A DNA stretch of 50,269 bases from a virus (lineage: Duplodnaviria > Heunggongvirae > Uroviricota > Caudoviricetes), in IMG/VR virus record IMGVR_UViG_3300020158_000005, positions 64,001 through 114,269 of that record, one strand, 5' to 3'. The notes below the pieces were generated by a model, which was not told the DNA's origin, ran no database searches, and saw nothing but the letters and a program-made list of their open reading frames with translations. Below, one piece after another: positions 1 through 9,876 of the stretch (position 1 is its first letter; every line of letters begins with the position of its first letter). Made by a program: the position numbers and the translations under genes.

Positions 1-2
1 TA

Positions 3-419
3 GCTTCACTGTTCTCAGCTACTTTAGCCCTTGGATTTGTACAACCACCCGATGATGATGATAGAAGTAAAGCTGCCTTAAGAATAACTAAAAGAATAGT
101 TGACCAATTTGTACAAGAGCTTTCTTTCTTCTACAATCCTGTAGAAATACAGAATATGCTCTCAGGGGGTATGTTCCCTGCTCTGGGTATGCTTTCAGAT
201 ATGGAAAAATTTGTTACACATTCTACAAAAGAACTGTTTGGATATGATGTTTCTAATCCATATAGAACTCCTGAAGAAGTAAGAGATTCTGCCCACCCAA
301 TTAAAATGCTCTGGAGATTATTCCCTTCCTCTGCTTTAATGAAATTCACTACAATTATTGACCCAGAGACAGCTAAAGATTATGGTATAGAATTACCACA
401 ACAGACAGCACAGAGGTAA
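3..419 (+). CDS. C-terminal part of a large protein, probably virion-associated (5' end outside window)
   Basis: The frame of ORF 156-419 is open back to position 3 (ASLFSATLALGFVQPPDDDDRSKAALR...) and precedes the tail gene cluster. Confidence 0.6.
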   Translation, partial: ASLFSATLALGFVQPPDDDDRSKAALRITKRIVDQFVQELSFFYNPVEIQNMLSGGMFPALGMLSDMEKFVTHSTKELFGYDVSNPYRTPEEVRDSAHPIKMLWRLFPSSALMKFTTIIDPETAKDYGIELPQQTAQR

Positions 420-479
420 TAATTGCTATATTACATTTAACAATCAGATGTGTTACTTTTTTAGTAGCCTATCTAAACT

Positions 480-487
480 TATATTTG
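480..487 (+). promoter_or_regulatory. Bacteroidota-type -7 promoter element (TATATTTG), 4 nt upstream of ATG 492
   Basis: Matches TAnnTTTG; -33 element weak. Confidence 0.55.
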
Positions 488-491
488 CATT

Positions 492-3400
492 ATGTCCAAC
501 CCATCATGTTCAGTTATCCCTATTAATAACCCATGTCCTACATCACCTGATAGTAAGTGTGTGGTGTATACAGGTGCTATTTTACCAAACTTAGGGGTAA
601 ATACTAATGAAAGGTTACAATCTATATTACAAAAAATAGACGAGTTAGTAGGGATTAATTTTACTGCCACTCTAGCATCTCTGTACGATGTGCATCTTGT
701 AAACCCATTAAATGGTCAATTATTATCATATGATGGTACTTTACATAAATGGATAAACATCACTCCTGTATATCAGAAACCTTTATCACTTACTACTTTA
801 GGAAATAGTGGTAGTTCTTCTCTTATAGCTGACGTATTAAATGTTCCCACATATACACTTTCTGGGCTTGGTGGTGTACCTTTATCTCGTACTATCACTA
901 TAAATGGCACAACTTACGACTTAAGTGCTGATAGAGTGTTTGTTACAGGTAGTTTAACAAATTTCTCTGCAAACAATTTCTCTCCTTTATTTAATACATC
1001 TGTTTCCACATCTACTACCACTCCTGTTTTGAGCTTTACAGCTATACCACAGGTAGGTAATAAGATATATGCATCCCCAGATGGTGCTACAGGAATCCCT
1101 TTATTTAGAAGTTTAGTTCCTTTAGATATTCCTGCATTAAACTATGTTACTTCTGTAGGTGCTAGTGGTCCATTAGTTTCTTCAGGAGGATTAACACCAT
1201 CTATTAGCATTCCTAAAGCAACAACCACTATAAGTGGTTATTTATCTGCTACAGATTTTAATGTATTTAATAATAAAGAAGGGGCTATTGTAGTAGGTAA
1301 TATTAATCAATATTGGAGAGGAGATAAATCTTTCCAAAATCTTGATACATTAGCTGTAACAGAAAATATAAATCTGTATTATACAGATGCTCGTTCTAGG
1401 GCAGCTATTTCTGCAGGAGCAGGAATTTTGTATAATCCCACTACAGGAGTTATATCAGCTTCAGCTTCTTCTGTAACAATATCGGCAGGTGCAGGTATAT
1501 CTATAACAGGAACCTATCCCAATTTTACAATAGCTTCCACTATTACGCAATATACAGATGCACTTGCTAGATTAACTATAAGTAGTTCTATTACAGCTAT
1601 CACTTATAATAATCTCACAGGTGTATTTAGTCTTACAGCAGGATATGGTATACCAACTACTACAGAAATAGCAGCTTGGAATGCTCTTGTTACTATGACT
1701 TATCCTGCAGCAGGTATTGCTGTATCAACAGGAACAGGATGGGGAACATCTATAATAGATAATTCAGCTAATTGGAACACAGCATATTCTTGGGGTAATC
1801 ATGCACTAGCAGGATACTTTCTTGCAGCTAATTTTAATAGTTCTTTTGATACTAGATTAGCACTAAAGACTACTACAGATTTAGCTGAGGGTACTAATTT
1901 ATATTTTACAAATAGTAGAGCAATAAATTCTACTCTTACAGGATATATATCAGGGGCAGGAACTATCTCAGCTACAGATAGTATATTAAGTGCCATACAA
2001 AAATTGAATGGTAATATCACTGCATTAACAACAGGTGTCTCAAGTGTATTTGGTAGGACAGGAACTGTAGTAGCAGTTAGTGGAGATTATAATACAAGTC
2101 AGGTAACAGAGAATACAAATCTTTATTATACAGACGCAAGAGCAAGAGCTTCTATATCCCTAACAGTTACAGGTAATAATGGAGCAAGTAGCTATAGTAA
2201 TACTACAGGAATACTTAATATACCAACATATACCTTAAGTGGTTTATCAGGTCAACCATTAAATAACAACTTAACTTCTTTATCAGGACTATCCTATGCA
2301 TCCTTAGCTTTTGTTAAGATGTCTGCATCAGGAACATTTACTCTTGATACAAATACTTATCTTACAGGTAACCAAACAATTACTCTTTCAGGAGATGTAA
2401 CAGGTTCAGGTACTACAAGTATAGCAACTACAATTGGAGCAGGTAAGGTAACTAATACAATGTTAGTTAACTCCTCTTTCTACATAGGAACTACTCTTAT
2501 TCCACTTGGTAGAGCTAGTTTGGCACAATCCTTAACAGGTATTACATCTATAGATGGAAGTGCAGCTACTCTTACTACAGGAAGAACAATTTCAGGTACA
2601 GGAGAAGCTACATTTACAACAGGTGCTTTTGATGGTAGTGCAGCAGTATCAGGTAGTGTAACATTACTTAACTCTGCTGTTACAGGTAAAGTTCTTACAG
2701 GACTTAATCTTTCTTCAGGTGGTACAATTTTAGCTACAGATAGTATACTGGTAGCATTTGGAAGAGTACAAAATCAAATATCAGCTCTTGCAGGAGGTGT
2801 AACCTATCAAGGTGTATGGAATGCAAGTACTAATACTCCAACTATTACTTCTTCTGTAGGAACTAAAGGATACTATTATGTAGTATCTGTTACTGGGTCT
2901 ACTAATATAGATGGTATCAGTGATTGGAAATTAGGTGACTGGATTATTTTTAATGGTACTACTTGGGATAAAGTAGATAATACAGATGCAGTATCAAGTG
3001 TAAATGGATTTACAGGAGCAGTATCTCTTACTACAGCAAATATATCTGAGGTAACAAATCTTTATTATCTTGATAGTAGAGCTAGGGCAGCAATATCTTT
3101 AACTACTACAGGTAATTCAGGGGCTGCTACATATAATAACACCACAGGAGTCTTTAATATTCCTACATATACATTTGATGGTCTTTCTCCTATGACTACA
3201 GCAGGAGATATGATTTATGGTGGAGTAGCAGGAGCAGCAACTAGACTTGGAATTGGCGGAGCAAATACAGTACTTCATGGTGGTGCAAGTGCTCTTTCTT
3301 GGAGTGCAGTGGTAGAAGCAGATATATCCTTATCTAATAACGTAACTAATAACGTTACTACAACTAGACATGGATTTGTACCTATTCTACCTAATAATGC

Positions 3401-3929
3401 CACCCTATTCTTTAATGGTCAAGGTAATTTTACTACTCCTAGTGGACTTAGTATTAATAACTCTTACTCACAAACAGGATTCTCAGGAACTACAGTAACT
3501 GTAGTGCATAATTGGGGAGCATATCCTGTAGTACAAGTAGTGGATAGTACAGGTGCTGTAATAATCCCAATGAGTATTGTTAATAATACGCTAAATGATT
3601 TTACAGTAACATTTTCTAGTGCACATACAGGAACTGTAATAGCTTCTGTAGGTGGTCCACAACCACAAGCGGTATCTGTAGTAACTTCAAACTACTCTGT
3701 ATTGACTACAGATAGAATTGTTAAGGTGACAACAGTAGGTATTATAGTAACACTTCCTACAGCTGTAGGTAATACAGGTAGAGAGTTCTTAATTAACAAC
3801 ACTACAGCAGGAAACATTTTCTTAACAACAACTAGTTCACAAACTATTAATAATCAAATCACACAAACAATTCCTCCTTATTCAACACTAGATGTATATT
3901 CAGATGGTGCAGGATATTGGATTGTATAA
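492..3929 (+). CDS. Tail fibre-like protein with internal repeats (1145 aa)
   Basis: Thr/Gly/Ser-rich; four T-x-x-x-NLY(Y/F)xxxR repeats, repeated N(I/V)PTYT motifs, YQGVWNASTNTP...GDWIIFNG..WDKVDNT module typical of phage fibres. Confidence 0.8.
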   Translation: MSNPSCSVIPINNPCPTSPDSKCVVYTGAILPNLGVNTNERLQSILQKIDELVGINFTATLASLYDVHLVNPLNGQLLSYDGTLHKWINITPVYQKPLSLTTLGNSGSSSLIADVLNVPTYTLSGLGGVPLSRTITINGTTYDLSADRVFVTGSLTNFSANNFSPLFNTSVSTSTTTPVLSFTAIPQVGNKIYASPDGATGIPLFRSLVPLDIPALNYVTSVGASGPLVSSGGLTPSISIPKATTTISGYLSATDFNVFNNKEGAIVVGNINQYWRGDKSFQNLDTLAVTENINLYYTDARSRAAISAGAGILYNPTTGVISASASSVTISAGAGISITGTYPNFTIASTITQYTDALARLTISSSITAITYNNLTGVFSLTAGYGIPTTTEIAAWNALVTMTYPAAGIAVSTGTGWGTSIIDNSANWNTAYSWGNHALAGYFLAANFNSSFDTRLALKTTTDLAEGTNLYFTNSRAINSTLTGYISGAGTISATDSILSAIQKLNGNITALTTGVSSVFGRTGTVVAVSGDYNTSQVTENTNLYYTDARARASISLTVTGNNGASSYSNTTGILNIPTYTLSGLSGQPLNNNLTSLSGLSYASLAFVKMSASGTFTLDTNTYLTGNQTITLSGDVTGSGTTSIATTIGAGKVTNTMLVNSSFYIGTTLIPLGRASLAQSLTGITSIDGSAATLTTGRTISGTGEATFTTGAFDGSAAVSGSVTLLNSAVTGKVLTGLNLSSGGTILATDSILVAFGRVQNQISALAGGVTYQGVWNASTNTPTITSSVGTKGYYYVVSVTGSTNIDGISDWKLGDWIIFNGTTWDKVDNTDAVSSVNGFTGAVSLTTANISEVTNLYYLDSRARAAISLTTTGNSGAATYNNTTGVFNIPTYTFDGLSPMTTAGDMIYGGVAGAATRLGIGGANTVLHGGASALSWSAVVEADISLSNNVTNNVTTTRHGFVPILPNNATLFFNGQGNFTTPSGLSINNSYSQTGFSGTTVTVVHNWGAYPVVQVVDSTGAVIIPMSIVNNTLNDFTVTFSSAHTGTVIASVGGPQPQAVSVVTSNYSVLTTDRIVKVTTVGIIVTLPTAVGNTGREFLINNTTAGNIFLTTTSSQTINNQITQTIPPYSTLDVYSDGAGYWIV

Positions 3930-3941
3930 AAATAAACTATT

Positions 3942-6179
3942 ATGTCATATTTCACACAAGTTAGTTATTCAGATACAGGTTCTTTAGATGCGTTCTCAAG
4001 ATTAAGAACATCTAATCCTGAAACTTTATTTGCTGTTCAATCTCAATATGATACCAATCCTATAGAGATGGAAGGAGGATTTATAGGTACAGGAACTGCT
4101 GCTCCAACTTATAGCACTTCTACAAGAATGGTTGCATTGACAGCTACTGCTGGTACAGGAAGTGTATTTTATCAATCCTATCAATATAGTTCATATCAAC
4201 CAGGTAAAGCATTAAAACATGGAGAACCTGTTTTAACTGTTAATGGGTGGGTTAACATTGAAGATATAAAACTTGGAGATACTATCTTTGATGGACTAGG
4301 TAAAGAAACTAAAGTTATAGGTGTTTTTCCACAAGGAGAAAGAAAAATCTATAGAATCACTTTTGATGATGGTACTCATGTAGATTGTGATGGAGAACAT
4401 CTTTGGAAAACCATTGTAAGATGGGAAGGTAAAGCAGGTCAAGAAAGAGTATTAACTACTAATCAAATGTTAGACGAACATGGGGAAGTATCATCATCTT
4501 ATAACAGATGGAGAATACCTGCATCACCAGTACTTGAAATAACTGAAAAACCTGTTCCTATAGATGCTTATACATTAGGTGCTATTTTAGGAGATGGCAG
4601 TATAGATAAAAAATCTAGTTTTGTTCAATTTACTACAGCAGATTTAGAGATACTTTCTTATTTAAAGTGTGATATTAGTAAGTACGAGGCTAAGTATCAA
4701 TATGGGTTATTAGGTTTAGCAGAAAGTATTAGAACTTTAAAATTAGATAATACTAATTTTTTAACTAAATTTGTTCCTAACGAATATTTATATAACTCAA
4801 AAGAGATTAGATTAGCAATTTTACAGGGACTGATGGATACAGATGGTACTGTAGATAAAGTAGATGGCACTACTGAATACAACTCAGCCAGTAAACAATT
4901 AGCGGAAGATGTTGCATTTTTAGTTCGTTCATTAGGTGGGCAAGCAAAAATAAAAATAAAAGAAGCTAGTTATAAGAATGAAGATGGGGATAAGGTTAAA
5001 TGTTCTGACAGTTATAGAGTAAGAGTAATAATGCCTATTTGTCCATTTAAACTAGAGAGAAAATCATTCTATTGGAAGCCTAGAACTAGAATTTCTTTTG
5101 ATAGATATATTCATTCTATTAAAGAGCTTGGGGATTACCAAGCAACTTGTATAAGAGTAGAATCAGAAGACCATACATTCTTAACTAGAAATAATATAGT
5201 TACTCACAATAGTCAATTTATAGCTTTAACAGGTGTAGTAGGTACAGGTGTTGCAGGAGCTGTAGTTGATTATGGATATGGTGATAGTTTGAATGGTATA
5301 TTTTTAAGACAAAGTGGAACTACTATGCAAGTAGTACAAAGAAGTAATACTTCAGGAGCTGTAGTAGAAACAGTTATATCTCAATCTGCTTGGAATTTAG
5401 ATAAAATGGATGGTACAGGTAACTCAGGAATCACTTTTGATGTTACAAAAGCATTTATTCTTATAATGGATTTACAATTCCTTGGAATGGGTAGAGTAAG
5501 ATTTGGATTTGATATAAATGGAGTAGTATATTATTTTCATCAAATATTTAATGCTAACGTACTTGCTGTACCTTATATGCAACAAGCTACACTTCCTATC
5601 AGTGTTACCTTGACTACTACTGCTACTATAGCTACTAAAACATGTTATTTTAAATGTGCTACAGTACAGTCTGAAGGTGGTAGTTTACAAAACTTTGGGT
5701 ATAACTTTGCTACCCCTGAAGGAACTGTAACTGCAGGTAATGGAGCTAGAACATCTTTATTAGCTCTTAGACCATTAACAACATTTAATGGAATTCCTAA
5801 TAGGTCTCAAATTATTCTTGGAAATCTAGCAATAGCTGTTACAGGAACATCTCCTATATTCTGGGAATTATGTACAGGTGCTGTTTATACAGTAGCTCCT
5901 ACATTTGCTAGTGTAAATGCTGCTAACTCTTCTACACAATATGGTACAGGTGGAACATTTGGTAATTTAACAACAGGTCAGGTAATAGCTTCAGGATATG
6001 TAACAGGTTCAGGAGCAGGAGCAGCAGGAGTATCAAGTCCTACTATTTCACTACATAATCCAATTGCTCTTAATAGAGCAGGTGCTGTAACAGCTTTAGG
6101 TACACTTAGTTTACTTGTATCAGGAATAGGAGGTAATAGTGCAACTAGAGCATCATTTAACTTTGCAGAAATACGTTGA
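3942..6179 (+). CDS. Putative virion/tail protein containing an intein (745 aa precursor, ~411 aa spliced)
   Basis: Lies between two fibre genes; DAFSRLRTSNP N-terminal motif; intein removal joins YQPGK to SQFIAL; beta-rich T/G/A C-extein. Confidence 0.75.
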   Translation: MSYFTQVSYSDTGSLDAFSRLRTSNPETLFAVQSQYDTNPIEMEGGFIGTGTAAPTYSTSTRMVALTATAGTGSVFYQSYQYSSYQPGKALKHGEPVLTVNGWVNIEDIKLGDTIFDGLGKETKVIGVFPQGERKIYRITFDDGTHVDCDGEHLWKTIVRWEGKAGQERVLTTNQMLDEHGEVSSSYNRWRIPASPVLEITEKPVPIDAYTLGAILGDGSIDKKSSFVQFTTADLEILSYLKCDISKYEAKYQYGLLGLAESIRTLKLDNTNFLTKFVPNEYLYNSKEIRLAILQGLMDTDGTVDKVDGTTEYNSASKQLAEDVAFLVRSLGGQAKIKIKEASYKNEDGDKVKCSDSYRVRVIMPICPFKLERKSFYWKPRTRISFDRYIHSIKELGDYQATCIRVESEDHTFLTRNNIVTHNSQFIALTGVVGTGVAGAVVDYGYGDSLNGIFLRQSGTTMQVVQRSNTSGAVVETVISQSAWNLDKMDGTGNSGITFDVTKAFILIMDLQFLGMGRVRFGFDINGVVYYFHQIFNANVLAVPYMQQATLPISVTLTTTATIATKTCYFKCATVQSEGGSLQNFGYNFATPEGTVTAGNGARTSLLALRPLTTFNGIPNRSQIILGNLAIAVTGTSPIFWELCTGAVYTVAPTFASVNAANSSTQYGTGGTFGNLTTGQVIASGYVTGSGAGAAGVSSPTISLHNPIALNRAGAVTALGTLSLLVSGIGGNSATRASFNFAEIR
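4209..5210 (+). mobile_element. Class 3 intein (Ala1 start, WCT triplet) with LAGLIDADG endonuclease, 334 aa
   Basis: ALKHGEPVLT start; block B CDGEHLW; LGAILGDG and LQGLMDTDG motifs; block F TCIRV; ends VTHN followed by Ser. Confidence 0.92.
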
Positions 6180-6225
6180 GCCATTAAACTTTTTTATAAT
6201 ATAAAGTTTAAATTAATAATACACA

Positions 6226-8748
6226 ATGAAAATAGATAGTCCTAAAATAGAAAATCTCATAACAAATGGTTTTGTAAAGACTTCAGGAAGTGATGGAACA
6301 CTTTCTGTAGATACTACAGCGTATCAACCACTATTAACCCCTGCTGCTTTAACTAAAGTGGATGATACCAACGTAACTATTATATTGGGTGGGACTCCTG
6401 CAACTTCTTTATTACAAGCAGTATCTATCACACTTGGTTGGACAGGTACTCTTGCTGATGCTAGAATAGCTTCTGCTGCCACATGGAATGCAAAACAAGT
6501 AGCATATACAAATTTAACTACTATAGGCTCTTTAGCAAATGCTAATGGATTTTTAAGACAAAATGGTAGTGGAGTTTTTTCTTATGATACAAATACTTAT
6601 TACTTAGCATCAAATCCAAATAGTTATACAAGTAATTTAGGTACTGTCACTAGTGTTTCTATGACTGTACCCACTGGATTAACTATTTCAGGTAGTCCAA
6701 TAACTACGTCAGGTACATTAGCTCTTACTCTTACAACAGGATATTCTATTCCTACTACAGCAAGTCAGTCTAATTGGGATGCTGCTTATTCTGCTAGAAT
6801 AACTACTCTTACAGTAATAGGAAGTAGTGGTAGTGCTACATTAGTAGGTCAAACATTAAACATTCCTACTTATACGCTCGCTGGTTTAGGTGGGCAACCT
6901 TTAAATACAAACCTTACTTCTTTATCAGCCCTATCTTATACGTCAGCCTCATTCGTTAAAATGACGGCTGCAGGTACGTTTGCTTTAGATACTAATACTT
7001 ATCTTACTGCCAATCAGACTATTACTCTTTCAGGTGATGTTTCAGGTAGTGGAACAACTGCTATTACAACTACACTAGCTTCCATTATAACAGCAGGTGG
7101 ACCTACAGGAAGTTCTTCTGTAGTACCCGTAATAACATACGATGCTAAGGGTAGACTTACTGCTGTATCTACAGCCACCATAACACCTGCATCTATTGGA
7201 GCATCACCTTTAGCAGGTTCATCCTCCATAACAACAGTAGGTACTCTCTCTAGTGGGAGTATTCCTTATAGTTTATTGAGTGGTACTATTCCAACTTGGA
7301 ATCAGAATACAACTGGAACGGCTGCGAATGTAACCTTTAACAATGTTACAGGTGGTTCAAGTTATCCAGTATTATTGAATAGTACAAATTCAGTTGGCTA
7401 TAATGCAACTGTATTTGTAAACTTAGTTAATGGCTCTTTAAATGCAACTACTTTTATTGGAGCAGGAAATTCATTGACATCATTACCAACTAATACTGCT
7501 TTATATCCTACATTAAATCAAAATACAAGTGGAACTGCTGCAATTGCAACAACATTTGGAGGTTCTACTGCAAATTTTGGTACTGCTGTTACTCCTGTTA
7601 ATATTGTTGCCCAACAATCAGGCGGTTCATTGGGCGTAGTAGCAGTTGCAGGGCTTCAATCTTTTCTTGGACTTGGTTCTAACGCTTATACTTCTACTGC
7701 TTATTTGCCTTTAACTGGCGGAACTTTGACAGGGGGATTAACAGGAACAAGTGCGAGTTTTAGTTCTAGCGGTAATACATTCACAATTCAAAATAATGGA
7801 GGTGGAGATAATCTAATTCTAAATAAAGGTACTGGGTCGTCTATAATTCTTAATAAAACAAATACTACTGCTCAAAGTTGGGCTATTGCCGCCGACCCTA
7901 ATTTTAGAATTTCAGATGCAACTGCATCAACAAATCCTTTTACAATTACATTAGGAACAGGAGCAGCTACATTTAGTAGTAGTGTAACTGCTAAAACATT
8001 TTCAACATCCTCTGTTATCAATCCACCAAGTTCGGGCGTAACAACAGGAGTAAGTATAGGTTTTGATGCAAACCACGAATGGGGATGGATTCAATCAACA
8101 AGAAATAGTGCAAGTGAAATAAGAAATTTATTTATACAGCCTTTAGGTGGTAATACATCTTTTGGTGCAACTCAAACTATAACTTTTACAAGTGCAGGAG
8201 CAGCTACATTTAGTAGTAGTGTTCAAGCCACTTCAATGTCTATTGGTATTGCACCACAAACCGATAAACTATTTATTTATAATGAAAGTGGTACAAATAC
8301 AGGAGAAACTATTCAACAAGATGGAACAGGCGATATTTTTAGGGCAAATGGAAATAGTGGGGCTAATAGGTTTACAATTACTCAAGCAGGAGTAGTATCA
8401 ATATTAGCCACCACCGCTTCAACAAGCACAACAACAGGTGCATTAGTTGTAAGTGGGGGTGTGGGGGTTGGAGGTAATGTATATGCAACAGGCTTCTACA
8501 ACTCTTCTGATGCTATATTAAAAAATGTTTTATCTAGAGATGGAGATGTAGTATATTTTAATTGGAAGGATAAGAGAGATAATCTACTACATATAGGATA
8601 TATTGCACAGGAGATGCTTAGTGTATATCCAAATCAAGTAAGTGGTGTGGAAGGTTCTTACAGTGTTAATTACACTGAGATATTAGTAGATAAAGTAAGA
8701 AGATTAGAAAATAAAGTTTTAGAACTTGAAAAATTATTGAATATATGA
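6226..8748 (+). CDS. Tail fibre/spike protein with C-terminal peptidase S74 intramolecular chaperone (840 aa)
   Basis: T/G/S-rich body; C-terminus SDAILK...FNWK...GYIAQEM...YP..V...SVNY..I followed by a coiled coil. Confidence 0.85.
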   Translation: MKIDSPKIENLITNGFVKTSGSDGTLSVDTTAYQPLLTPAALTKVDDTNVTIILGGTPATSLLQAVSITLGWTGTLADARIASAATWNAKQVAYTNLTTIGSLANANGFLRQNGSGVFSYDTNTYYLASNPNSYTSNLGTVTSVSMTVPTGLTISGSPITTSGTLALTLTTGYSIPTTASQSNWDAAYSARITTLTVIGSSGSATLVGQTLNIPTYTLAGLGGQPLNTNLTSLSALSYTSASFVKMTAAGTFALDTNTYLTANQTITLSGDVSGSGTTAITTTLASIITAGGPTGSSSVVPVITYDAKGRLTAVSTATITPASIGASPLAGSSSITTVGTLSSGSIPYSLLSGTIPTWNQNTTGTAANVTFNNVTGGSSYPVLLNSTNSVGYNATVFVNLVNGSLNATTFIGAGNSLTSLPTNTALYPTLNQNTSGTAAIATTFGGSTANFGTAVTPVNIVAQQSGGSLGVVAVAGLQSFLGLGSNAYTSTAYLPLTGGTLTGGLTGTSASFSSSGNTFTIQNNGGGDNLILNKGTGSSIILNKTNTTAQSWAIAADPNFRISDATASTNPFTITLGTGAATFSSSVTAKTFSTSSVINPPSSGVTTGVSIGFDANHEWGWIQSTRNSASEIRNLFIQPLGGNTSFGATQTITFTSAGAATFSSSVQATSMSIGIAPQTDKLFIYNESGTNTGETIQQDGTGDIFRANGNSGANRFTITQAGVVSILATTASTSTTTGALVVSGGVGVGGNVYATGFYNSSDAILKNVLSRDGDVVYFNWKDKRDNLLHIGYIAQEMLSVYPNQVSGVEGSYSVNYTEILVDKVRRLENKVLELEKLLNI

Positions 8749-9524
8749 GTTGGGCAGGACTAGCACAAAATCAAGCAGTGTCTTGGAGAGACTTACAAGA
8801 TGCAATAACAAATGGTTATTTTGCAGCAGGAGGTACAGGTATATCTGTAAATGACCAGTGTATTTATAAAAGCCTAGCTACAATACCTAACTATGTAGCT
8901 ATTAATACAGCATGGAGTACTTATGCTTCTAGAGCTACTAATGATTTATTACTAAAACGTGATTTCTGTCCTTATTATAGTTATACTATTTATGTATCTT
9001 TATATCACACTACTTTTACAGGTTATACAAGTTCAGCTCTTGCTTGTGCCCACGCAGGAACTACTATAACAATATATAGTCCTTCTAGTAGTATTACAGC
9101 AGGAGCTAAATTATATTATTTTGATGCTACATCTAATGGGTTTTTTCCATTTGGATTAAATAATACTAATGATTGGTTTTATGATTTAGCAGGTGATAAA
9201 GCTGTTCAAATGGGAACATCTTTTACCAATACTGTAGCAGGAACAACAGCTTGTATAACTTATACTACTTGGTTGAAAAATGGAGGTATAAGTTATGCTA
9301 GTACATCTGCTGCTTGTGCTGCTGGTACTGGTGGACCTACCTTATATAGTAGTATATCAGGAATGGTAACAAGTGTAACTACCTTTTATACTAATACCGC
9401 ATTAACTACACCATTTAATGGGGGTGGTTTGATTTGGAGTGTTAGCCTTGGTCCTACATACACAAGTAAATATGCAGCAACAATTAATAGTAGTGGTGTA
9501 GTAACTTCTTATACAACTTGTTAA
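8745..9524 (+). CDS. Putative tail-associated protein with two related beta-rich modules
   Basis: Overlaps the fibre stop codon; repeated Y-x-(S/T)-S-A-x-A-C-A and T(I/L)YS motifs. Confidence 0.65.
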   Translation: MSWAGLAQNQAVSWRDLQDAITNGYFAAGGTGISVNDQCIYKSLATIPNYVAINTAWSTYASRATNDLLLKRDFCPYYSYTIYVSLYHTTFTGYTSSALACAHAGTTITIYSPSSSITAGAKLYYFDATSNGFFPFGLNNTNDWFYDLAGDKAVQMGTSFTNTVAGTTACITYTTWLKNGGISYASTSAACAAGTGGPTLYSSISGMVTSVTTFYTNTALTTPFNGGGLIWSVSLGPTYTSKYAATINSSGVVTSYTTC

Positions 9525-9874
9525 TGAAAGCAATAATTAAAATAGGAGAATGGAAGTTATTTGGTGCTAGGACAGTAGGTCTAACATTATATCCATACAT
9601 CTTCTTAAGAAAATCCTACTTTGATAGAATGCCTAAAATTGTACTTGATAATACAATTAGACATGAAACAATTCATATAAAACAACAAGCTGAATTATTA
9701 GTACTACCATTTTATATATGGTATGTGGTAGAATATGTAATTAAATTTTTTAAATACGGAGCATACGCTTATGAAAACCTTTCTTTTGAAAGAGAAGCTT
9801 ACCAAAATGAAAAAGATGAAAATTACCTATCTACTAGAAAACCTTGGTCTTTTATTAAATATTTAACTAAATAA
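9524..9874 (+). CDS. HExxH putative Zn-metallopeptidase-like membrane protein
   Basis: RHETIH motif, hydrophobic LLVLPFYIWY segment, SFEREAY; ATG overlaps upstream TAA (TAATG). Confidence 0.65.
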   Translation: MKAIIKIGEWKLFGARTVGLTLYPYIFLRKSYFDRMPKIVLDNTIRHETIHIKQQAELLVLPFYIWYVVEYVIKFFKYGAYAYENLSFEREAYQNEKDENYLSTRKPWSFIKYLTK

Positions 9875-9876
9875 AA

